A DNA stretch of 64,000 nucleotides from Lama glama. Lineage: Eukaryota. Made by a program: the position numbers and the translations under genes. Positions 36,566-48,590 of the stretch are shown piece by piece (the first letter of the stretch is position 1; each line of letters begins with the position of its first letter). The stretch covers positions 17,424,001 through 17,488,000 of the forward strand of contig CM052817.1 in assembly GCA_028534125.1 (NCBI GenBank), read 5' to 3'. Below the pieces are notes generated by a model. The model saw only the letters and a list, made by a program, of their open reading frames with translations, made no database searches and had not been told where the DNA came from.

Positions 36566-37517
36566 CACTTTGGGGGCGGAAAGGACCACCAACCTGTCTG
36601 CCTCTCCCCTGCGCAGACCAGCCCTCAGTCTATAGCAACAGTCGTGGTAGCGCGCCCCACAGCTGCTGATGCCCACTGACAGGTGCCTCCTGCGCATGCG
36701 AAGCCCTGCGTTAGGTGCTTTACATACCTTATCTTTGAGAAACCTCACAATATAGCTATGAGGTAGACACTCTGATCCTTTTTTTTTTTTTTTTACAGAG
36801 AAAGGAGCAGTTTTCAGGAAGCTGAATCACCAGACCGAGGGTCCCCAGGCGGTCCGGCAGGAGCCAGATTCTGACTGCAGGGAGAGGGACTTTATTTCCC
36901 TAGGACAGTCTGGAAACACGCCTGGCAGGTGGTGATGCGCAGAGAGGAGGGGCTGTGTGTAGGGTCTGTCTCCTCCTCGAACCCTTGTGGTCTCTGAAGA
37001 GCAGGAGCACCGTGGGAGGTTCTGGCCGGATTGCTAAGAAAGACCAAAGCGTCCTGCTCCTCCTTTTTGGGCTGTGCCTTTGAAAGAGTGCCAGCTGTTC
37101 CCCTTCGTCTCAGTCACGATTTCCCTCCCAGCCCGGTGGCTCCCCTGCATTATTTGGAGCAGGTGTTCTGGGAGTCGCCAACCTCTGCACGCTTTCTCGG
37201 GATTCAGGGTCCCCTTTGCCCTCTGGACTATCTTAACACCATGACCTGGGAGGTAAAGAAGAAAGTGCCTCTGGTGGGGAGGGGGCGGTGGAGGAGGTCA
37301 GATGAATTCATTCTCACCAGAAACTTTTATCAGGATTATTTTAGTCGGAGTTCTCCAGAGAAACAGAACCAATAGGAGATTCTATGTGTCGGAAATAAGC
37401 TGGTCTGAGAGAATGACACACAGGAGCAGAGGGGAGTGAAGAAGAGAAACAGAGCTCCAATAAGGTTGGAATTCCTGGTTCCAGGAACCCTGAAGCCCTG
37501 CCCTTCTTGTGATTTTT

Positions 37518-38036
37518 CTTCATTGATATATATACACATATATATGTATGTATATAGCCATATAGTCAGTTACAATGTGTCAATTTCTGATGTACAGCAT
37601 AATGTTCCAATCATGCATATATATATATGTATATACATATATTCGTTTTCATATTCCTTTTCATTAAAGGTTCTTATAAGATATTGAATATTGTTCCCTG
37701 TGCTATACAGAAGAAATTTGTTTTTATCTATTTTTATATATGGTAGTTAACATTTGCAAATCTCAAACTCCCAAATTTATCTTTTCCCACCCCTTTCCCC
37801 CCAGTAACCATAAGACTGTTTACTATGTCTGTGAGTCTGTTTCTGTTTTGTAGATGAATTCATTAGTGTCCTCTTTTTTCTTTCTTTTTTTTAGATTCCA
37901 CATATAAGTGATATCATATGGTATTTTTCTTTCTCTTTCTGGCTTACTTCACTTAGAATGATGGTCTCCAGGTCCATCCATGTTGCTGCAAATGACACTA
38001 TTTTATTCTTTTTAAGGCTGAGTAGTATTCCATTGT
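37518..38036 (-). mobile_element. 5'-truncated LINE-1 (relatively young): ORF2 C-terminus plus 3' UTR
   Basis: Minus-strand translation YNGILLSLKKNKIVSFAATWMDLETIILSEVSQKEKEKYHMISLICGI* is the canonical L1 ORF2 end; followed by an L1 3' UTR. Confidence 0.92.
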
Positions 38037-38064
38037 AAGAAGCTGAGGCATACTTGTGATTTTT

Positions 38065-38150
38065 TTTTTTAATAGAGGCACTGGGGATTGAACCCAGGAC
38101 CTCGTGCATACTAAGCATGCACTCTACCACTGAGCTATACCCTCTCTCCA
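38065..38150 (-). mobile_element. tRNA-Ala-derived SINE (vic-1-like)
   Basis: Reverse strand GGGTATAGCTCAGTGGTAGAGTGCATGCTTAGTATGCACGAGGTCCTGGGTTCAATCCCCAGTGCCTC followed by poly(A). Confidence 0.9.
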
Positions 38151-39699
38151 CCTTTGTGGTTTTATTATACAAGCCAATCAATCCCAGCATTTTGCTTGAT
38201 ACATGTCTGTGAGATTTCTGTTGCCTGCATTGTGAGAAGCCTGAGTTATATAAGGACAGACTGGGAAAGGGCCAGGGCTGGACGAGGCCAGCAAGGTGCC
38301 CAGACAGGACAAGGGGGCCTCACTCTCAGGCTCCCGCACATGCACAGCTAGCCTCTGAAGTGAGTGCCTTCTTAAATTCGGTGCCCTTGACACTCCTCTT
38401 GTCTCTCTTCCTGGCCGTGGGTAGTAATCCCAGGATTTGGCCACAAATGAAAATCGTGACTTTGGGCGAGTCAAAAATAGAATTGTCCACTGACTCATTT
38501 GTTTGTTCATTGATTAAGCAAACAGTGGTTGGGTGCCTACTAGTGCCCGATGCTGTGGTCCACATCTGTGGAATGGGGCAGCAGATGAGGTTTGGTCCCT
38601 ATGGAGGGGACAGCCTGGCCAGGAAGACTAACGTTGAGAAAACAGTAACTTGAGCTCTGTGTCTTAGAGAAGGGGAAGTCCGGTGTGTGGAGGGCATGGG
38701 GAGCTGGAGGACCCGGAAGCGGATGCTTTAACTCAAGACTGAAGGATGAATACGATTTGGATTGCAGAGAGAGACACACACACGTGCATGTACACACTGG
38801 AGAAGGGAACGTCATCCCAGGTAGAAACACATGCTCAAACACTCTCCATAACCATTCAATCTACGCTTGTACAACGTCTATTAGGAACCAGGCAGGGGTT
38901 TGCCTTCAGCAATGATGGAGATAAAATCATCATCCTACCCTCAAGGAATTGACCTTAACAGGGAAAGTTTCAGACAAGTTAGGGAACCCTGATCATGCAG
39001 AGCAATGGGGTACAGAGCAGGAGGTTCAGTTCAACCAGAGCAGGTAAAGGAAGGCTTCCAGGAAGGGCGGTGCCTGCCTGAGCTGGATTTTGAAAGATGA
39101 ATATTAGATATTAGCCAGTCAAAGAAGTATTCAGGGCAAGCCAAGAAGAGAAACCAGCCCGAGAAAAGCAGAGAGGCGAGGGACTGCAGATGATTCTTTA
39201 AAGGATGAGTGGGTGCCCAGGCTAGCCCATGTCATGTAATGTAATGACAAAGAACAACAGTAGGAAGAATACTACAGTGGAGCTGCATCCAGGGCATCTC
39301 TCAGTGAGTCCCACGCACCAGGTTTTCTTCCAGCATGAGAACAGATAGCTATTTCTTCAGTGGAACACGGAATGAAGCAATTGGCTTGCATTTAAGAGTT
39401 TGTGCTGCGTGAAAAAATTACATGTCTTTAAACTAGAATGGAATTCACTGCACCAAGATGTTTGCACCATTAGACTCTGAGAAGCTAGAAGTAAATGAGA
39501 CGGACCAAGGGCTCTCCAGATTGATGCCTTGCAGATATCACACTCTCTCTGGGGCACGATTAATTGAGGAGACTGGCAGGCAGTTGCCTACACATTTAAA
39601 TTGTTATTCTCTTTCTTTTTCTCTCCCTGATCACAAAGATAAAAAAAGTTACATGTGGTGCAATTTTACTATTTGCCAAGAGCATAACCCCTTAGAAGA

Positions 39700-39890
39700 A
39701 TTTGTGCTGGAACCAGAATGCCTGGTTTGAGCCCCAGCTCCACTCTTGGTGTATCCTTGAGCAAGTTACTTCCCTTTGCCTCAGTCTTCTCATCCATAAA
39801 ATAGGAGTAATAATATCCTTAGGAGAAATAAATGAGTCAACGCACATAAAGTGCGAAGGCGAGTGATTGCACATAGGAAGTGCTCTTTTA
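39700..39890 (+). mobile_element. MIR SINE
   Basis: CCTTGAGCAAGTTACTT...GCCTCAGTCTTCTCATCCATAAAATAGGAGTAATAATA. Confidence 0.75.
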
Positions 39891-40489
39891 AATAAGAGTC
39901 ACGGTCATTGTTTTTATTGGTCTGTTATTCTAAAGAGCCTTAGGTCTGTAGTGTTACCACCATTCAGACTCAGTTTCTGTGGGAAAGGCAGGAGGGATCC
40001 TGTTTCCCACCTACAGGAGCCATGGTTGATGGGGTAGGGAAGATGTAGGCATCCAAGGCTGGGTTGGGGTTGGAGAGTTGTGGGGGAAACAATTGCGAGT
40101 TATGGAACCCCAGGGTGAGAGCCCACCCGACCACCCTCTGGATCAGGGCTCCAGTGCAGATCGAGTAGATGCCATTCCTTGGTGCGGGCAGTAAAGGGCG
40201 GGTGAGGCCAGTTGCCCAGGGTACTGGCAGCATCTCTTCACTTGGCCCATAGCCCGGGCAGCTTAGGACAAAATGCTTGGTCAGGCCTGGCCAGACAAGG
40301 GAGGTGGGTTTGTCTTTGATGTGTCCCCCATCTCCCCTGATGTCCAGTTTGCCTAGTCTAAGCCCCACAAGTCTAGGGCTTCATCCCATGAATTCAGCCA
40401 CAGCTGCCTCACACCTGTTCCTCCTTCTCCCAGCCCATCAAGGCCCCAGGCCAGGTCCTTCCTCCCTACTCAGACCTCATCAGCCTACA

Positions 40490-40623
40490 GCCTTGCTACT
40501 CAAAATGTGGTCTTTGGCCTGGGCACCACCTGAAAGCTTGTTAGAAATGCAGAATGAATGGAATCTGAGTTTTAATAAGATCCCCAGGTAACTTGTTTGC
40601 ATGTTGCAGTTTGAGAGACACTG
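40490..40623. mobile_element. MER5A, internally deleted
   Basis: GCTACTCAAAATGTGGTC...GCTTGTTAGAAATGCAGAAT...TTTTAATAAGATCCCCAGGT...AGTTTGAGAGACACTG. Confidence 0.75.
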
Positions 40624-40889
40624 ACCTAAACCTACACGATTAATTCCTCTTCTGACTGCTCTCCCATGGTCCTTGCCAACCTCCTGAAAACTGGCTTTCC
40701 CAGCTGGGCCCAGAGAAGGGCCCTCCTATTGGGTTACATGGTTGGAGCTCATCTCACAACTTCAGCCTCTCCATCAGATGTCCCCTTTCTGCCCTACCAG
40801 TCCTTCCTTCCCCCTGAACTTCCATGGCAGCGCATTCAACCTCTATTGAAGGCTTGGGCTATTACATTGCAGTACAGCAAAAAATTAAT

Positions 40890-42900
40890 TTTTTAATATA
40901 TTTTAAATTATTTTTTAATCAAAGTGTCACATCAGAATTTAAAAAGTCAGTAAAAACTACAAAATACAAAATAAAATTAAAAAAACAGTAATGCCCTATT
41001 CACCTCCATCCCTATTCCCCTCTGGAAAGTCAATCATTCTTTGAGGGTTTTTTTCAGGCACAAACTGCTGTATACCACTATTCCTTAATTCACTCATTTT
41101 AAAGTTTTTCTCTTGGCTTACTATTATGATACATGAGGATTTCGCTCTTTTAAAATCTGTCCCTTTTTCCATTTTCCAAATACGGTTTTATCACGATTTT
41201 TGGTCAAGCCAGTATTTCGTGTTTTTAATGCTCAGTGTGTCCCTGCAATCAAGAAACATGCCTTTCGTTTAGGCAAATTTTCTTGTATTATTTCTTTAAT
41301 AATTTATTCCTCTGCAATGAATTCTCTATTTCCTCCATCTCCAGACTGCTTATCCACTCATCATATTATATTAATCTTACCCACTGCAGAGACATTCAGT
41401 GTCCAGATTATATACTCACTTTTGTGTAACTTTTCATTTTTCTATAGTTAATAATTGCATCATTTGGTGACTTTTCTTTGAACCTATGACTAAGTTTCCT
41501 ACATCCTATCACAGCTCTGTACAATGTCTTTCTACACAATCTTCCACTTGGTGATAGTGTCAGATAATTTGTTGTTGTCATTTTCCACCAGTCCTAGTCA
41601 GTCTGGGCTGCCATAACAAATTACCACAGACTGGGTGTCTTAAACAACAGACATCGATGTGCCATAGCTCTGGAGGCTGGGAAGGCCACCACCAGGGGGC
41701 CAGCAGATCTGGGTCTGGTGAGATCCTGCTTCGTGGTCTACGGATGGCTGTCTTCTCGTTGTGCCCTAACGTGGCAGAAAGCAGAAAGAAAAGGAAAGCA
41801 AGTGCTCATGCCTGCTTATAGGGGCACTAATCCCACTTGTGGGGGATTCACCCTCAGGATTTAATTACTTGCCAAAAGGCCCCACCTCCCAATACCATCA
41901 CATTGGGAGTTAGGATTCCAACAGATGAATTTTGGGGGAACATAAACACTCAGTCCATAACACTACACCCTTCTTCTCAGATACCCTCTGACTTCCTGTC
42001 CCTTAAACCAATTGCAGACCTGGGATCTGTCTTCTCCATCTTCCCAGTGATCCCCTTTGCCTCTCTCCTGTGAATCTCACTTACTGATTTTCCTCTTTTT
42101 TGTTTATGTCCTCATTGTGACTAAAAGATATCTTCCAGTAGTTTCCTGATATAAGGTACATGGAAATAATTTTTGTGAGACATCGGATGTCTGAAAATGT
42201 CTTTATGTATGCAAGTTCACACTTGCTGATTTGGCTGGGTATAGAATTCTAGGTTGAAAATTCTTTTTTTTTTTTTACAGTTCTGAAGATGTGCCCTATT
42301 GTGTTTAAGTTCCTAGTGTTGCTGTCAAATGCCATCTTTAGTCCTCATCTTTTGTGTATGTCCCTTTCCCTGCCTCCATCTCTCTTTTAGGAGGCTTGTA
42401 GTATTTTGGTGTTTTGCCATTTCACAAAGATGTATTTATCTGTATTCATTGTGTTGGTTGTTCTGGGGGTCCTTTTAATCAGGAAGCTTATTAGTTTAGG
42501 GAGTGTACTTCAGTTTGGGGAAACTTTCTTGTATCACTTCCTTAGTAATTTTCACTATACTATATTCACCATTTCCTCTTTATCTGGAATTCTTATTCAT
42601 TAGAAGATGATCCTTCTAATGGGTGAGTTTCCTACTTTTAAAAACGTTTTTCTTCTATTTATCATCTTGCCCTTTTTTTACCTTCTGATAAACATATTTG
42701 ACTTTCTCTTACAATTTAAAAAACTCATTTTAGATTTTGGTTCTCGTATTTTTAATTTCCTCTAGCTTCTTTTTCCCCTTTTCCTCTGAATGTTCTGATG
42801 ATCCTTGATAACCTGCTTTTACTTTAGATTGAGAATCTCAGAGCTGATTGGAAACTCAAAGATGATTAGGATCTCTGAAAAATGAGGCAGGGCCACTTGT
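40890..42900 (-). mobile_element. Degraded ancient L1 fragments interrupted by an MLT1A LTR
   Basis: T-rich antisense L1-like blocks (TTTGGCTGGGTATAGAATTCTAGGTTGAAAATT; CAGTTTGGGGAAACTTTCTTGTATCACTTC). Confidence 0.55.
41592..41962 (-). mobile_element. MLT1A-like LTR
   Basis: GGGCTGCCATAACAAATTACCACAGACTGGGTG...CCCCACCTCCCAATACCATCACATTGGG...CACTCAGTCCATAACA. Confidence 0.85.
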
Positions 42901-43223
42901 CTACTCGTAGGTTTTGCTTATGGGTGATTTAAGGGGCTAGGCAAGTATTTCCTGTCATTTGAAGGTGATTTTTGGTACAAGAAGGGAGTGGAACTCTCAC
43001 TTCTGCCATCCTAAAATTCAGCAAACACATTAAACATGCTTTTCTCAAAGCCCCTCTGCAATCTCCCGCCAGCGGGAGTTCCACCCTTGGCGTGTATTCC
43101 TCTCACACACTATTTCCTGCAGGCCTTTTCTCTCCCTGGGTTCCTTCCACCCCCACCTCCACTTTTCCTGTTTCCCTTTCCTCTTGCAGAACAGTACAGG
43201 CCTCTCTTTGTTCATCCCTCTTC

Positions 43224-43361
43224 ATTGTGTTTGTTTTGTATCATTAATTTTATGTATTTATTTTTAATTGATTTTTTTTTAATGGAGGTACTGGGGATTG
43301 AACCCAGGATCTCATGCAGGCTGAGCAAATGCTCTGCCACTGAGCTATACGCTCTCCCCAG
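43224..43361 (-). mobile_element. tRNA-Ala-derived SINE (vic-1-like) with 11-bp TSD
   Basis: Same head. TSD CATCCCTCTTC at 43213-43223 and 43362-43372. Confidence 0.9.
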
Positions 43362-43410
43362 CATCCCTCTTCTTTTTGATTCTGTTTAGGAACCTTTCTT
43401 CACGCAAATG

Positions 43411-43590
43411 GTGTATTAGTTCCTGGAGTCGCTGTAACAAATTTCACAAACTAAGTGGCTTAAAACGACAGACATTATTCTCTCACCGTTCTGGAGACTA
43501 GAATTCTGAAATGCAGGCATCAGCAGGGCTGTGCTCTCTGAAGGACACAAAAGACTCTTTCCTTGCCTATTCCCAGCTTCTGCTGCTTTT
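43411..43590 (-). mobile_element. MLT1C-like LTR fragment
   Basis: TGTATTAGTTCCTGGAGTCGCTGTAACAAATTTCACAAACTAAGTGGCTTAAAACGACAGACATTATTCTCTCAC. Confidence 0.75.
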
Positions 43591-43599
43591 GCCTAAAGG

Positions 43600-43786
43600 A
43601 AGTAATCTTGTTTTTTTGCCTAGTTAACTTCTTTGTTTTTCTTCCCTTCTGCCTATAAAAAGTCTTTCCTTTTGTCCAGCTCCTAAGAACTCCTTTCTGT
43701 CTGCTAGTTTGGATGCTGCCCAATTCAAATCGATTTTTGCTCAGATAAACTCTGATACTTTGTAATATGCCTCAGTTTATATAACA
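43600..43786 (+). mobile_element. ERV-type LTR 3' half (U3 TATA through U5)
   Basis: CTGCCTATAAAAAG TATA box, GCTCAGATAAACTC degenerate poly(A) signal, and a ...TAACA terminus. Confidence 0.5.
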
Positions 43787-44989
43787 TTAGTAAGTATTAG
43801 AAAATAAACTTGGTTCTTGTGTTTGCCCAGCATCCTGGTTTATCTGGCTCTCTGGTGGGAAAGTGATCTGACGCATTCATTGTCTCAAAGAACTGATGAT
43901 TGTTACCCTCCCAGAGCTTCTGCTTTTTAATAGTTCCCATGGACAGCTTTCTGTGGGCCCCCAGCAGTCACTGAATAAAACCGATACTCAACCTGACATG
44001 AAAAGCCCTTCACAATCGGCACGGGAGCTTTTTCAGTCTTTTAGCCTTTGCTGTATCCATTCTCCAAACCAGCCAGGCTCTTCCCTAGCTCAGTGCTTCT
44101 GTTTGGCCCTGCTCCCTGCCTGAGTTGGTCTCCCTTCCTCTGTCTCCCTAGTGAACTTCTACTCATCCCTCAAGACCCAGCCCAAAAGCCACTTTCTTTA
44201 TGAAGCCTTTTTTAACTGCCATAAGCAGAATTCACTTCTTCTGCCTGGCGGCTCCCTGCCATTGTGAGCACAGTTCCATTTTAACACTTGCCCTGTTGTG
44301 AGGGAATTTCTAGGGTCTGTGTCCACCCGGAGCTAGACTGTAGGTCCTGTCATGTCTACAAAGCCCAGCAGACTTGATTACGTTTGTCCGGTGTGGTCAT
44401 GATGCAGCGTGAACAGAAAACAGGCATAGGAAGCTTTTAGGGCTGCTCAGCCCATACCTGGGGGACTTCTGAATAATTTCTCAGCATGATCACTGGGAAT
44501 TCGAGGAGGGAATGAGGGGTTATGTAGTAACCCAAGCTCTACTATCAGAGACTCAATCCAAGGTGACAATCTTTTATGGCTCCTACACCTCAGACAAAAC
44601 AGGACCTCTCCTTGATGGAGGCCAGGGAAGCGTGGTGTCTTGGAGAAGAGGAGGAACCCCTGTATTCCCTGTCAGCCTCTGAGTCAGGCTGACTCTGGTC
44701 AGCGCAGATCTCAGGGGCTTGCTGCAATGAAGCTCAAGAACCAGGCAGCTATAAAAAGAAAGAAATGAAGAGCTCATGGGGCTGACTATTCCCTTATCAT
44801 CTCTCTCACACAGGCTGGAGCATCCATCTGTCTGTCTGTCGCTCCTCTCCTGGTGAGGCGGACACCCCCAGGACCCTCCCCAGAGCCCTCAGACCTTGCA
44901 GTGGGCCTCTGATCATTCCAGTTGCCAGTATCTGCGTCTCTGTGCCTACGGAATTTCTTCCCAGAGCCACAGAAGGCAGCTCTTTCCGC

Positions 44990-45295
44990 AAGCAGCAGGT
45001 CAGAGTGCTAGAAAATCAAACTCCCTGGGTGTAGCTGTATAGACGCCCTGATCCCCTTACCTCCCGGCCAGGGATAACTCTGAGGTGTGCATATTCCACC
45101 TCCCCCTCCCCGGATGAAGCTTCAGACGCCCGTGTCTGTGGCTGGCTTGATAGTGCACCGTTTGTGGGCCTCCGGTCCTCGCCCGTATCCCTTCCCCACT
45201 CGTCTTCTGGAGTTTCCTGGGACCACTGCCCAAATACTCTGAGTGCAAATTTGTGCTCAAATCCTTGTCTCGGCGTCTGCTTCCGAGGGAATTCG
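44990..45295 (+). mobile_element. LTR16-like ERVL LTR fragment
   Basis: TTCCTGGGACCACTGCCCAAATA...CTCAAATCCTTGTCTCGGCGTCTGCTTCCGAGGGAA. Confidence 0.55.
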
Positions 45296-48200
45296 CGGCA
45301 ACTCTGCTCTCTCCTTGTTACCATTTGGCTTATCCTTTCTTCTCATCTTTGCAACCTTTTTTAAAAAACTTCATAGCTCTACTTTTTTATGTCTTTCACA
45401 TTTTAATAGTTATTTCTACTTTCTCGTAACTTGCATCATCTGTAACCCCTCACAGCCCTCGCTCTACCACGTGCTGTCTCTTTACATCTTTCACTCACTA
45501 TTCCCACTGCTAACTGCCTCCCTCTTCTAATTTCTCAGTTCAAATCCCACAGGAGGGAATCTGATGGCCCAGCTCATCTATTTTGCATAAAGCGCTAGCC
45601 GGCCCATGGATTGGCTGTGCTTGGGTCAGCTGATCACAGCTGGTCCAATCAGCTGTGCTGGAGGAGGGAGAAGACACAGCAGTCTTTTCTATGGGCAATT
45701 GACGCTTTCTCAATTTTATTTTAAGCGTAATTTCAACTTCTTGACAATTAGAGTGTCCCGCTAAGTCATGGAATTCTGAAGCCGCCATGGGTTTGTATAA
45801 ATTAAGATGTAGCCACCTAGAAACTGACCCTCAGCCAGGCTGTGGGCAGGACCTTTTCTGGGAGAAGCCTGTGTACCTGACGGCAATGTATTTGACAAGG
45901 TTAGTACCCCCAGCTTCCTGTGGGAAAAAAAAAAAAAAAAACCTTTTATTTAATGGTTACAAAAAAGCTTAGAAAATATAGAAAAACACAAAGGAAGAAA
46001 GTAAAAGCCACAAGAAATCCCAGCACTCTGAGATAATCACTCCTTGCATTTTAGGGCCTTTCCTTCTGTGTGTGTGTGTGTATGTTTATATTTAGAGGGA
46101 ATATTTCTCCCCATAAAGGAGAGCCGTCCTACATAGGCTGCTTTTAATAACCTGCTTTTTTCCACTTTATCACTGAACATTTTTCTGTGCCGTTAAATAT
46201 GCTTGTACAGCCTCATTTTAGGTCAGCCTGGTCTCCAAACGCAGGGCTTCCTCCCTGCATGAGCTGCCTTCCTAGCCCGCCCCTCCCCAGGACGCTCAGC
46301 TGCGAAAGGCACCGATTGACACAGGTAAATCTAATGAGCTCCTCTTGCTCCCTTCTACAGAATTTCAGCTAAACGTACGCGGCCAGCTGCCATGTGGGGC
46401 CTGGGCTGTCTACCTTGGAGGGAGCTCCCTGACGGCCCCAGACTCTCCGGGGAAATCACCAGTCAGCTCTCTCCCGCTTCCTCATTCCCTACATGTGCTC
46501 TGCAGAGCCAGCTCAGGACAGCGTAAACTCAAATGATCAAAAACTCAGCGCTGGAAGCTCCCTTAGGAGACGGCTCCAGCCCCTCCGAGTTAGAAATGAG
46601 GAACCAGGCCAAGAGAGGGGAAGTGACACGTCCGCACTCTGCTGGGAAGCAGGTGGCAAGGTGAGGGCTCAAACTTGTGTCCCCATGGCCAAGCGCAGTC
46701 TCTTCTTGCCGCCACCCCAACACCTGCGGCAGGGGCGGGGGTTCTCCTCGTGGACCCACCTGCCCTGCAGGGTAGGGTTTCGTTCCCAAACCCCAGATGA
46801 AGTTTGCCAACTTAAAGCCCTAGCCTGAGGAATGACCTTAAGGGATGAGGCCGCCCTGCACCTCCCACCCACCCAAGCCTCCTGCTGGATCAGGTCCTGG
46901 TTTCACATCCCCTGGGTGTGGTGTGGTTAGTCCAGCTGCCTTTCTGGCTGTCTGCAGTGGCCAGGCCTTGGGGCTAAGTAAACATTCCAGCAGCAACAGG
47001 CCTTCCTGTCTCTTAGAGCCTATGCTGGGGAAATGTCTGGGCTCCGGAGAAGCAGCAGAGAAGAAGGAGGCAGCAGCTTTGCAGACTGTCACTAAGGCAC
47101 AGTGCCCTGCTCCAGGCCTCAGTGCTCCGAGTCGGGAGCAGACTGCAGTGGTTGGAGAAGCCCCAGGAGTCCACAACGTCCCTGCCCTTCCAGCTGCACT
47201 GTCTTCCGGAGATGCCCTCAAGGTCGACCCCAGCCCGCACCGGGAGTCTCTGGTTACTGGGAGAACCTGTAGGAGGCTTTGCCCCTGTGCGGTTCAGAGA
47301 CGAAAGCCAGTTCACTCAGTATGAACTGGGAGGAGGATCCCAGTGCCCCATCTGCCATTCTAAGGAGTCAGGCTCCTGCCTGATTACAGAGCCCCGGGGC
47401 CTTACACTTAAGCAACATGAATGGAATTCCGAGGCCTTATTTTTCCCTTTACTAAGCCTGAGCCCCAGCCTCAAGGATCCCCCAGGGCCCAGGCCCAAGG
47501 CAGAGCTGGGGCTGCCCGCTCTCTTCCTGGCAGCTGAGGCGTTTCCTTCCCTCCATGGCTCTGCCTTAGAGACGCAGGCTGCTTTTACCCCACGGTCTCG
47601 CCCGTGTCTTTCTTCCAGGGGAAACATTTGGTGGCTGTGAGCCTTCTCCAAGCTCAGATCCCTTAGCTCTTTTTCCACATCTTAAAGCACATGCTGCCCC
47701 ATCTCATCTTCAGTCCCCTTGCCTCCCCTGCAGATTTCCTCATGTGGCAGGCAGGACCGAAAATTCCTGCTGGCCACCATGTTTGCTGAGAACAAACCCA
47801 GTTTTCCTATCTTCTTAGAGACCAGAGAAGCAGGACAGCAACTGACCCTGGGCAAATGACAGGTGGACAAACTCTCCAGTTTAATGGTGATAATAGGTCA
47901 TTCCTGATTTCCTCAATTGGGAGCAAAGCCTGATGCCTACCAATCCTTCACCCCAGCATCCTCCCTGCCAGGAACTCTTTGCTAACTCTCACACTCCACC
48001 TCCAGGCTAGGAAACCAGAATTCTGACTCTATAATCTTTGTGGGTTTAGAAAGTCCACTGTGATTTCCACTCTGTCAAAGACAGTATTCATTTTCACCAC
48101 TGCAAGCCCACAAATGTAGGGTGCTTCTACCATCACTGTGGGGAAAGGAGGGACACGCCTCTGGAGAAGAGGGTGTGCCGGTGCAGCTGATCTGCACATG

Positions 48201-48458
48201 GGCAAACAGTGCCGAGCTTGGCTGCCAAGAAGAAGCAGGGAGGGTTGGAGGGGGAGGTGGAGACCAAAGGATGGGGAAAGGAGTGGTGAATGAGGAGAGA
48301 AGACAGGAAGTGTGCTGTGCAACCAAGCCCTCAACTCACAACCCTGCTACATGTAGCGACTGCAGGCATAAGGGGGAGAACCAGGCTCAGCTGACGGCAG
48401 CCCTACCTGCTTCTGCTTCTGCATGAAGCCAAGAAGCAGGCAGGGCCAATATTCCAGG

Positions 48459-48590
48459 CAGGAGCAGCTATAGAGCTTCCGGGCCCCAGTGCAAAATGAA
48501 ATTGTGGGGCCCCTTGTTCAAAAATTATTAAGAACGTCTAGATGGAGACCGCAGCTCAGAAAACCAAGCGTGGGGTCCTGGGTGAGTGAT
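48459..48590 (-). mobile_element. MER91A-like hAT-Tip100 MITE
   Basis: GGGCCCCAGTGCAAAATGAAATTGTGGGGCCCCTTGTTCAAAAATTATTAAGAA is the reverse complement of the MER91A core as recalled. Confidence 0.8.

Noticed and set aside
38065..38150. Possible tRNA-Ala gene (also at 14771, 28503 and 43224)
   Set aside because: A-rich tails, TSDs and stem mismatches identify SINE copies rather than functional tRNA genes.
37891..38190. 99-aa ORF with L1 ORF2 C-terminus
   Set aside because: Chance fusion of SINE and truncated L1 sequence; not a gene.
46490..47680. Cluster of overlapping 90-170 aa ORFs on both strands
   Set aside because: GC-rich intergenic sequence; no recognisable protein similarity, consistent exon structure or promoter.
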